From Planctomycetota bacterium (GTDB taxonomy: Bacteria > Planctomycetota > UBA11346), in contig JBBQSO010000022.1 in NCBI GenBank assembly GCA_038213805.1, forward strand, positions 1-64,000: 64,000 nt of DNA, written 5' to 3'. A program made the translations under genes and the position numbers. Positions 36,729 through 45,800 of this stretch are shown piece after piece. The notes under the pieces are model-generated. The model did no database searches, was not told where the DNA came from, and saw only the letters and a program-made list of their open reading frames with translations. Position 1 is the stretch's first letter, and every line of letters starts with the position of its first letter.

Positions 36729-38929
36729 AGCGGCAGGAAGCTCACGTGCCGCGGGAAGTCGATGCCGCACCAGTGCAGCACCGCGGCGAGCAGCATGAAC
36801 AGCCCGGCGGCCGCGGCCTCGGCGGCGATCAGGCCCATCGCCACCGGCTTGAGCCGCTGGTAGAGCTGCGGCCCGCCATAGCGCGTGACCAGCAGCTTGG
36901 CCATCCACGCGAGCAGGAAACTGAACCAGATCGCCTGGGTCGGCCCGGTCATGCTCACCAGATAGCCGATCGGGTGGAGCGGCCACCACGACAGGAACAT
37001 GCGGCAGATGCCCAGCACCGCGACCAGGGCAGCGCCCAGGCCATAGCACGGCCAGGTGCCGGGCGCGACGCCGGCACCGCTCGCAGAGCCGGTCGCGAGC
37101 GGCATCAGCCCCTGCTCGACCAGGGTCGCGTACCACGCGCGGTCGACCTGGCCGTCGCGCCGGTAGTCGGCTGAGATCAGCGTCATCATCGCCGCCAGCG
37201 AGCCGACCACCAGGATGGCGAGCAGCAGCGACGTCCAGCGCAGGCGCTTGGCCACGGTGTTCTGCACCAGCGTGCGCTTGACCAGGTATTCGCTGTCGAC
37301 CGCGTAGGGGAGGAGATTCTCACGGCTGTTGCCGAGCAGCGTGGCGCCGAGCAGGGTCAGCGGCGCGAGCGCGGCGAGCGGCGCGCCGAAACCCACTACC
37401 GAGAACAGCACCTGGCTGAGGTGGCAACCGGCGGGCAGGCCGATGGCGGGGATGCCGGCCTCGGCCACCACCCGCGCCAGTACCAGCACGAAGCCGAGGA
37501 ACAGCAGCACCGCGACCAGCGCGTGGTGCGGCTGCGCACCAAGCGCGACCAGCCACAGCGCCATGGTCAGGACGCCGCCGAGCAGCATCCATACGTAGGG
37601 CACCAGCAGGCGCTCGTGCTCATCGCCGCTGCGGCGGAAGGCGGCGCGCAGCAGTCCCAGGTAGTGGCGCCGCCCGATCCACAGGATGAGCAGGCATTCT
37701 ACCGCGAAACCACCGACCCCGACCTTGCCGGCGTCGTCGTACGCGACCGGGCGGCCCTGGGTGCGCAGCAGCAGATACACGAGATTGGTGGCGACGAAGA
37801 AGAACCACAGGCTGAAGCTCAGGTCGAGCGGCAGGAAGAAGGCCAGCCCGACGATGCTGAAATAGACGGTGACGCGGAACAGCGCCCAGTGGGTGTAGAC
37901 CTGGTACCAGGGCTCGCTCGCGAACGCGTCGCGGAAGTCGAAGGTCGTCGACACCGACATCGGCAGCAGTCCCCAGGTCTCCAGGCCCTGGCTGATCAGC
38001 ACCACCGCCACCACCGCGAAGCCCAGCCAGAAGCCGCGCGCGCGGAAGATCGGCGCGAGCCGCGTGCCCGGCTCGGGCGGGGCCATGAAATCGAGGGTGA
38101 CGTTGGCGAGCGGGAAGGGCAGGCGTTCGTGGTCGATCCACTGCCGGCGCACCAGCGCTGAGATCGCCAGGCAGGCGGCGAAGGCGCCGAGCAGCAGCGG
38201 CAGCCACGCCAGGTAGGGCTGCCACCACGCTCGCCACGGCACGGACGGCGGGATCACCGCGAGGATGTGCAGCGGGCCGCCCACCGTGGCCACCGTGTCG
38301 CCGACGTGGTGTCCGAGCAGGGCAAGTCCCGGCTGGATTCCGAGATCCAGGCAGCCCGGCATCTCGCCAGCGCGCCGGCCGGCCAGGGCCAGGGCGGTGC
38401 GCTCGCTGCCGTCGGCCAGGCGCCAGGTCACGGTGGCGCGGTGGCCGACCACCGGCACGCCCTGGGGCAGACCGTTGTGGAAGCCATCGATGACCAGGCG
38501 GTGGTCGGCATCGTTGGGGTCGGGCGGGCCGTGATCGGGCAGGTCGACGAACACCCGGCGCGGCATCAGCAGCTCGCCGTTGCCCAGGAAGGGTGCCAGG
38601 CCCGGCTCCGCCGGCAGCACCCGCGCCGGCCCGGCCATCACCCCGGGCAGCAGGCGGGTCAGACCGCTCGAGGCCACCCCGCCCAGCACCAGCAGCATGC
38701 TGACGATGACCGTCATCTCGCCGCTGCGCAGGCGGCGCTCGCCGAGCAGGGGGTTGACCACCAGTCCCATCAGCAGCACCAGCACGGTGACGCCCAGCGG
38801 CAGGTAGTGGTTGTAGATCGGCGTGTTGCCCAGCGCCCAGTCGTTCAGCGGTGCGACCACCGCCATCATCGCCGAGGCGATCAGCCCGATGATCACCGAG
38901 CGTGCCGTCAGCAATCTGCTGAAGGTCAT
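36725..38929 (-). CDS. DUF6785/DUF6784-like polytopic membrane protein, paralog A
   Basis: Collinear with paralog B (RRQWIDHERLPFP, RVVAEAG, WPLHPIGY, RYGG). Confidence 0.8.
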   Translation of the reverse strand: MTFSRLLTARSVIIGLIASAMMAVVAPLNDWALGNTPIYNHYLPLGVTVLVLLMGLVVNPLLGERRLRSGEMTVIVSMLLVLGGVASSGLTRLLPGVMAGPARVLPAEPGLAPFLGNGELLMPRRVFVDLPDHGPPDPNDADHRLVIDGFHNGLPQGVPVVGHRATVTWRLADGSERTALALAGRRAGEMPGCLDLGIQPGLALLGHHVGDTVATVGGPLHILAVIPPSVPWRAWWQPYLAWLPLLLGAFAACLAISALVRRQWIDHERLPFPLANVTLDFMAPPEPGTRLAPIFRARGFWLGFAVVAVVLISQGLETWGLLPMSVSTTFDFRDAFASEPWYQVYTHWALFRVTVYFSIVGLAFFLPLDLSFSLWFFFVATNLVYLLLRTQGRPVAYDDAGKVGVGGFAVECLLILWIGRRHYLGLLRAAFRRSGDEHERLLVPYVWMLLGGVLTMALWLVALGAQPHHALVAVLLFLGFVLVLARVVAEAGIPAIGLPAGCHLSQVLFSVVGFGAPLAALAPLTLLGATLLGNSRENLLPYAVDSEYLVKRTLVQNTVAKRLRWTSLLLAILVVGSLAAMMTLISADYRRDGQVDRAWYATLVEQGLMPLATGSASGAGVAPGTWPCYGLGAALVAVLGICRMFLSWWPLHPIGYLVSMTGPTQAIWFSFLLAWMAKLLVTRYGGPQLYQRLKPVAMGLIAAEAAAAGLFMLLAAVLHWCGIDFPRHVSFLPL

Positions 38930-39142
38930 GGTCGGTCCGCCGGGCATCATGCGGGCATCCCGTCACCACGACGCAGGCGGCATCCGGACCCCCGGTGGGG
39001 CCTGCGTGCGGGGGGCTGGGGAAGGACCGGCATCAAGCCCTGTTTGTGGTGCTGCCGGTGCCCAAAGGCAAGGCTCAAGGCGTCGGGTGTGGGGTGTCTG
39101 GAGCGGCCGGCCGGGGCGCTGCCAGTGTTGCCCAAATGGGCG

Positions 39143-39172
39143 TTGACGCGAGCCGGCCGCTGGGCGTATGCT
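39143..39172 (+). promoter_or_regulatory. Sigma70-like promoter for hpf
   Basis: TTGACG-18 nt-TATGCT, about 105 nt upstream of the start. Confidence 0.55.
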
Positions 39173-39278
39173 CGGCCCAGGACTCCCCTGAGTCGTATCC
39201 ATCCGGCCGCAGGCAGGGGCACTCGGCCATAGCCAACTGGGCCCTCCAGCGCGAGGACCACGATCGAGGAGCGTCAAC

Positions 39279-39593
39279 ATGGTTGCCATCCACATCACTG
39301 GCGTCCGTTTCCAGATTTCCGACAAGGTCAAGGCCTACGTGCATGACAAACTCGGGGCCCTGGGCAAGTTCCACTCGGCTCTGCAAAAGGTCCACGTCAC
39401 CATCCATCCCTCCGACAAGCACGGCTACCGTGTCGATGTCGACATGCATCTCCCCCACGGCAAGGATGTGGTGGCCCACGACCAGGAAGAGACCGTGTAC
39501 AGCGCCATCGACGTGGTCTGCGACAAGTGCGCCGTGCAGCTGCGCAAGATCCACGACCGCGAGACCCATCCGCCACGCGCCCTGCGCGCTTAG
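39279..39593 (+). CDS. hpf: Ribosome hibernation factor HPF/RaiA (short form)
   Basis: IHITG..ISDKVKAYVHDKL..ETVYSAIDVVCDK..QLRK; GAGGAG RBS. Confidence 0.9.
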   Translation: MVAIHITGVRFQISDKVKAYVHDKLGALGKFHSALQKVHVTIHPSDKHGYRVDVDMHLPHGKDVVAHDQEETVYSAIDVVCDKCAVQLRKIHDRETHPPRALRA

Positions 39594-39622
39594 GCCCAGG
39601 CCTAAAAACCTGCTGGATCTCC

Positions 39623-39652
39623 GCCCCCTGGCCGTTGGCCAGGGGGCTTTTT
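39623..39652 (+). terminator. Intrinsic terminator after hpf
   Basis: GCCCCCTGGCC-gtt-GGCCAGGGGGC-TTTTT. Confidence 0.85.
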
Positions 39653-39885
39653 CGTGTCCCATCGTGGTTGGCAGGTCGCCAATGCGATCCTTGCCGTGGA
39701 CCGGATTCGCGAACCCGCACTGGTGCTCGAGCATCCCGGCGGATGCCGACGACGTGATGGCGTCGGTAACGTGGCGCGGGTATGCGGAGAGATAGGTGCC
39801 AGCACCCGGCACCCTGGCCGTGGCCGCACCCGCCGCCATGCTGATGGGGGTGCCTGCGCACCATATGCCATCGACCGGAGCCCTC

Positions 39886-42789
39886 ATGCGCCTCTTTGCC
39901 GCTGCCATCCTCGCACTCCCGGTCCTGGCCTCTGCCGCGGACCTCACCCTGCCGGTGCTGGCGGACACCAGCATCAGCGCCTTCCCGAGCGAGCGCGGGC
40001 TGAACGCCGGAAGCAGCGCGCGGCTCAAGCTGAAGGGCATCGAGAACATCATCCTGCTGCTGCCCGACACCGGGCCGCTCGCCGGCCAGGTGGTCGACCA
40101 CGCGGAACTGCGCATGAAGGGCTGCGACGAGCGGCTGATGATCCACCGCATCGGCATCTCGACCGTGGCCACCGCCTGGGGCGAGGGGGCCGGCAACTAT
40201 GCCGCTGCCGGCGCGGGAGAGGCGAGCTTTTACAGCGCCGCCCAGGGGCAGCGGGCGTGGGCGGGTCAGAGTTCGGTGCTGCTCGATGCGGTGTTCGCGC
40301 GCGGCGGCACCATGTGGAACCAGGCCGAGGCGCTGCGCAGCGACGACGGCTGGTACCGCATCGCCATCGATGGCCGCATGCTCGAAGCCTGCGCGGCCGG
40401 GCTGGCGCACGGCTTGGCGCTCAGCGACGACAGTGGTCAGACCATGAATCTGTCGGCCGAGGCCGTGCCGCAGACCAACCACGGCAACAATTATCTGTTT
40501 GCGCACGAGCAGGGCAACGCCCGGCCGCAGATCACGGTCAGCGTCCATCCCGTCGCACGGGGTGCGGTGGCGGCGCTGGCGGTGACGGCGCGGGCTTGGC
40601 CGGGTGGCGCCGGACTGGACAGCGGCGCGCTCGAGTTGCGCTGGCCCGGCCCGCCCGATGCGGCCGCGCGTGCCGCGATCATCGGCTATCGCGTGCGCCT
40701 CGGCCACGGTGGCGCCCCCACGGAGCTGCCGCGCTGGCAGCATCCGAGCGTGCCTCCACCTGGCCAGCCGGCGCGCATGCTGCTGCGCGAGCTGCCCGCT
40801 GGCGCGGCATACGCAGCCGAGATCGCGGTGATCGGCCGCGGCGGTGTGGTGATGGCCAGCGGACGCGCCAGCGGCCACGCTTCGGCCGCCTTATCCACAC
40901 CGGCGGCGCTCGACTTTCCGGTCGTGCCCGCGCAGGCGCCTGGCGCGCCGCCAGCCACTGCGGCGGGTACCGTGTGGGCAGTACCGGACCTAGTGCAGGT
41001 CGACCCGCTCAGCGGCGCAGTCGACGCCGATCCCGGAGTCGGTGCGGCCGCTGCGGCCACGACGGCCGGCACCTGGTCGCAGGGCAACCCGGCCTGGAGC
41101 GGCAGCGCGCGCACCGTGCATGTCGCCGTCCCGCGCGGCGCCTGGGCCGCCTTCCAGCTGGTCTGCGCCGGACGCCAGCCGACGACCACCTGGACGATCA
41201 CCCCCGGCGACCTCGACGGACCCGGCGGGGCGCGCATCCCCGCCAGCACGATCCACCTCGCCAGGCTGTGGTACCAGCAGGTGGGGGGGAAATGGCGCCC
41301 GGATCCACTGGTGCCGCTCGCCGCGGGCGCGACCTTCCAGATTCCGGACGCGCGCAACGGCGTGCCTGGGCAGGCTAACCAGACGGTCTACGTCGAGTGG
41401 TTCGTTCCTGCCGAGACCAGCCCCGGGGTCTATCACGGCTCCTTCTCGATCGCCAACGATGCGGGCGCGCTGCCACTCGCGGTGGAGCTCTCGGTCGCTC
41501 CTGCGGTCATCCCGTCCGCAGCGGCGTTCACCTGGTCGATGAATGCCTACAGTTCACCCGGAACGGATTTCGGCGCGCCAGGCAGCGCCGAGTTTCTGGC
41601 TGCTGAGCGCGCCTTCTACCGCTTGGCGCACGAACACCGCACCACCCTCGCCATTCTCGGCTACAGCCACGCCGCCGACTTCCAGCCCGATGTCGCGCCA
41701 CCGCTGACCGGCAGCGGCACGGCGATGCGCGTCGCGGATTGGAGCGCCTGGGACCGGCGCTACGGACCCCTGCTCGATGGCAGCGCCTTCGCCGGCACGG
41801 CGCGCGCCGCTGTTCCGCTGGATCACTTCTACCTGCCCTTCATGGAGTCGTGGCCCACGCCGATGGCCGCAGGCTACCGCTGGAACGCGCTCACCTGGGA
41901 GGACCACTGGCGCCTCGCCGGGCCGGTGGCCGAAGGCTTCAGCCCCGAATACCGCGCCCAGTGGATCGCGGTGATGCGCGACTTCATCGCGCACATCCGC
42001 GCCAAGGGCTGGCGCACCTCGTTCCAGGTCTACCTCAACGACAAGTATTATTACAAACAATTCGACGCGCGGCGGAAGGCCGCCGGCCACGGCACCAGCT
42101 TCTGGCTGCTCGACGAGCCGCAGCACATCGACGACTTCCTCGCGTTGGAGTTCTTCGGCGGACTCACCCGCGCAGCCCAGGCGGGCGACCGCACCACCAT
42201 TGTCCAGCGCGTCGACCTGTCGCGTCCGGAGTGGGGCCGCGACACCCTTGACCAGGTCATCGATCTCGACGTCAGCGGCGGCTTCAACGGCTCCCGCCCG
42301 CTGCTGGAGGACTGGCGCGCGCGCCACGACCAGCACGTGTGGACCTACGGCAGCGCGCCATCCTCGGCCGAAGGCGCGCTCGGCATCGCCGCCCAGGCGC
42401 TCGATCTCTACAGTCGCGGCGTCGACGGCTTCGTGCCCTGGATGACCCTGGGTTCAGTTAAGAATTGGACGGAATTCGAAGAAACCTGCGTGATCTACTG
42501 CGGGAAGCCGGTGGGCGTGGCCGGCCCCTGCGCCTCGCTGCGCCTAAAGGCCTATCGGCGCGGCGAGGAGGACGCCGCGCTGCTCAAGGCGGTCGCCACG
42601 CGCGAGGGCCTGCTCACCGACGACCCCGACCGCCGCCGCATCGGCGCGCTCATCGCCCCCGCGCTTGGCGGCGGCCGCGCCCTCGGCAGCCTCGACGGCC
42701 AGGGCGCCGTCACCGAACGCCTCACCGGCCTCACCGTCGAGCGCCTCGACGCCCTGCGCCGCGCCCTCTGCGCCCGCGCCGCCCCATGA
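39886..42789 (+). CDS. Secreted putative glycoside hydrolase (GH123/DUF4091-like) with N-terminal carbohydrate-binding/Fn3-like modules
   Basis: Signal peptide MRLFAAAIL..ASA; PDPLVP..NQTVYVEWFVP; LLDEP; C-terminal SLRLKAYRRGEED. Confidence 0.6.
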   Translation: MRLFAAAILALPVLASAADLTLPVLADTSISAFPSERGLNAGSSARLKLKGIENIILLLPDTGPLAGQVVDHAELRMKGCDERLMIHRIGISTVATAWGEGAGNYAAAGAGEASFYSAAQGQRAWAGQSSVLLDAVFARGGTMWNQAEALRSDDGWYRIAIDGRMLEACAAGLAHGLALSDDSGQTMNLSAEAVPQTNHGNNYLFAHEQGNARPQITVSVHPVARGAVAALAVTARAWPGGAGLDSGALELRWPGPPDAAARAAIIGYRVRLGHGGAPTELPRWQHPSVPPPGQPARMLLRELPAGAAYAAEIAVIGRGGVVMASGRASGHASAALSTPAALDFPVVPAQAPGAPPATAAGTVWAVPDLVQVDPLSGAVDADPGVGAAAAATTAGTWSQGNPAWSGSARTVHVAVPRGAWAAFQLVCAGRQPTTTWTITPGDLDGPGGARIPASTIHLARLWYQQVGGKWRPDPLVPLAAGATFQIPDARNGVPGQANQTVYVEWFVPAETSPGVYHGSFSIANDAGALPLAVELSVAPAVIPSAAAFTWSMNAYSSPGTDFGAPGSAEFLAAERAFYRLAHEHRTTLAILGYSHAADFQPDVAPPLTGSGTAMRVADWSAWDRRYGPLLDGSAFAGTARAAVPLDHFYLPFMESWPTPMAAGYRWNALTWEDHWRLAGPVAEGFSPEYRAQWIAVMRDFIAHIRAKGWRTSFQVYLNDKYYYKQFDARRKAAGHGTSFWLLDEPQHIDDFLALEFFGGLTRAAQAGDRTTIVQRVDLSRPEWGRDTLDQVIDLDVSGGFNGSRPLLEDWRARHDQHVWTYGSAPSSAEGALGIAAQALDLYSRGVDGFVPWMTLGSVKNWTEFEETCVIYCGKPVGVAGPCASLRLKAYRRGEEDAALLKAVATREGLLTDDPDRRRIGALIAPALGGGRALGSLDGQGAVTERLTGLTVERLDALRRALCARAAP

Positions 42790-42812
42790 CCGCGAACCCG
42801 CCTCGGCCGTCC

Positions 42813-42839
42813 GACTTCCGGACTTCCAGACCTCCGGAC
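42813..42839. repeat. Single TTCCGGAC tandem array between convergent genes
   Basis: GACTTCCGGACTTCCAGACCTCCGGAC. Confidence 0.75.
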
Positions 42840-42841
42840 GG

Positions 42842-45800
42842 TCAATTCTTGTTGGTCAGGAACTTGAGCAGCGCGATCACGTCTGGCTCGGGCATCGCCT
42901 CGAGCAGGCCCGGCGGCATCATCGACTGGGCGAGCACCTGGCGGGTCTGCACCTGGTCCTTGGGGATGATGACCTTCTCTGCCACGGTGCGCAGCACGTA
43001 GACGGTGTCGGTCTCGGAATCGACCATGCCCGAGACCACGCTGCCGTCTTTTTTGGTGATCAGGTTGAGCTGGTAGTTCTCACCGACCACCGCGTTCGGG
43101 TCGACGATGTTCTCGATGAAGTAGTCGACGCCGTTGCGCGCGGACCCGCCGAGATCCGGGCCGAGTTTGCCGCCCACGCCGTTGTACGAATGGCAGGCGG
43201 TGCAGGTGCGCTGGAACACCGCCTTGCCGACGTTGACGTCGAAGGCCCACAGCGGCGCCTCGTTGAAGGTCTTCTTGAACCGCGCCATCGTCGCCTTGGC
43301 CGCGGCCGGCGAGTCGGTGACCCGGCCGAAGGCCTTGTCGAGCAGTTGGTCGATGCCGTCATTGTGCAGGTTACGCATTTGGCGCACGTGCAGCGCGGTG
43401 AGGTTGGCGCGGTCGAAGCGCTTGTCCTGCAGCGCGTGCAGCAGTTCGGTGGCCTGGGCCGGGTGGCTGGTCAAGGTCTCAAGCGCGGCGATGCGGTCCT
43501 TCTCGGACAACGGCGCGAAGTGCGCGATGATACCCTTGGCCGCCGCGGGGTCGGCGCTGCCGGCGAGCAGCGGGATGACCGCGGTGCGCCAGGCGTCGGC
43601 TTCGAGGAGGTGGACGTAGATCGGCTGTGCCTCCTTGTCGCCGCTGCGCTTGAGCAGCTCGAAGGCGCGCTGGCGCTCCGGCGCGGGCGCGTTGTCGTCG
43701 CCGAGGACGCCGCGCATGCGCGCCAGCACCGAGTTGTCACCGAATACGGCGGACAACCGCTCGCTGAGGGCGCGTAGTCCGTCGTCCTTGGCGAAGCGCT
43801 TCGCGACGTCCGCCCAGCCCGCGGGCATCGGCAGGCGCGTCTCGTTCTCAAGGCTGCTCGCCAGCAGGCGCAGCAGGCGTGCGGCCCGCGCATCGTCGGA
43901 ACCGCTCATCTGCGCGGTGATCTGATCCCGACCCGCGCCGCTGCGCGCGGCGTACCACACGCAAGAGTCGCTGACCGTGGGCAGCGGCGAGGCCGCGGCG
44001 AGCGCCAGGGCGCGCGTCGGATCGCCGGGCACCAGCGGGGCGAGGCCCGTCCACACCACCTTGGGCAGGAAGCGGTCGCCGGCGTCCTCGCCGTGTGCGG
44101 CGAGCGCTTTGGCCACGTCCCAGCGCGGCGCGTCCGCCAGGGTCGGAAGAGCCGAGGCCAGGGCCAGGCGCACCGCCGGCGAGGGGTCGCTGGTGGCGAG
44201 TTGAGTGAGCACGGCCGGCGTGATCAGCGGCGCCTGCGCACGCTCAGTGCCGAGGTCCACCGCCCAGCCGCGCACGCGGTCGTCCGGGTGCTTCAGCGCC
44301 GCGGCGATGCCGGCGGCGTCGAGCTGTCCGGTGACGTGCAGCGTCCACAGCGCATGCAGCGCGGTGACCGCGTCCGGCGCCGACGCCTGGGTGCGCAGCG
44401 GCGCGAGCGCCTTGACGTCGAGCTTGCCGGTGGCGGCGCGCTCGGCGAGCAGGCGGCGCGCGGTGCGCACGAACCACTCGTTGCGGTGCGCGTGCAGCGC
44501 GACCAGCTCTGCGTCGGTCTTCGCGCCCAAATCGACCTTCACCGGGTGCCAGGTCGCCGCCCAGGAGATGCGGTAGATGCGTCCGTCGGAGCGGTTCCAG
44601 CTCTCGTCGCGCGGGGTGTGACAGTGCTGGGTGTCGCACCAGTCGATGGCGTAGGCGGCGCCGTCGGGGCCGTACTGCAGATCGACGCCGAGCCAGCGCG
44701 GGTCGGGGGACATCAGCATGTCGTAGCCGGCGTGCAGGGTCTCGTAGCCGGCGCCGCTGCGCACGCTCTCCTGGTGGTTGAGCTGCTGACCGAAGAGGTT
44801 GAAGGTGAACATGTGGTCGCGGTAGATCTCGGGCCAGTTGTCGCCGAGATAGATCATCGCGCCGGCGTGCGCATGGCCGCCGTACACCGCGCCGCTGCCG
44901 GGCTTGCCCGCGCCGCCCTCGCCGTCGTCGTAGCGCGCCGAGGCGGGCAGGTAGTTGCGCAGCGCGGGCGCGAAATCCGGCGCATTGTTGTCGATGAACG
45001 GCGCGTACTCCGCGTTCACCTGATTCCAATAGTGGCCGTTGCGGATCACGTAGCTGGTGCCGCCGCCGCCCCAGAAACTGCGGCAGTGGGTCATGAAGAG
45101 GTGGCCGACCTCGTTGAAGTCGATGCCCCACTGGTTGCTGCCGCCGTGGGCGAAGACCTCGAATTCCTTGCGCACCGGATGGTAGCGCCACACGCCGGCG
45201 CGCAGCGGCGTGCGCTCCGCGTCGGTCGCCCCGGGCTTGCCGACGTTCGAGCGCGTGAACACGCCCTGATTGCCATAGAGCCAGCCGTCCGGGCCCCAGG
45301 TGAAGCTGTTCATGGTCTCGTGGGTGTCCTGGTGGCCCCAGCCGTCCAGCACCACCTCGGGCGCGCCGTCCGGCTTGTCGTCGTGGTCGCGGTCGGGGAT
45401 GAAGAGCAGCTGGGGCGCCGCGCCAATGAACACGCCGCCGTAGCCGACCTCGATGCCGCTGACCAGATTGAGGCCCTCGGTGAACACCGTGCGCGTCTCG
45501 AGGAAGCCGTCGCCGTCCTTGTCCTCGAAGATGACGATACGGTCCTTGCCCTTGCCTTCGGGCTGCTTGTTGGGGTAGCTGTAGGCCTCGACCACCCACA
45601 GGCGGCCGCGCTCGTCGATGGCGAAGGCGATGGGCTGGCGCACATCGGGCTCCGCGACCATCAGCTCTGCCTGGAAGCCGTGCGTCAGCATCATGTCGCT
45701 GATCAGCTTCTGGGCTTCCGGATTGGCGATCGCCGTGGGTTTTGCAGGGTTGGGCCGCAGATGCCAGAGCACTGCGCTGTCATTCTGGTGCGAGGCCGCG

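Noticed and set aside
39174..39278. The known raiA-motif ncRNA upstream of hpf
   Set aside because: The leader is only ~100 nt and I cannot recognise the motif's conserved elements; kept only as an unassigned structure candidate.
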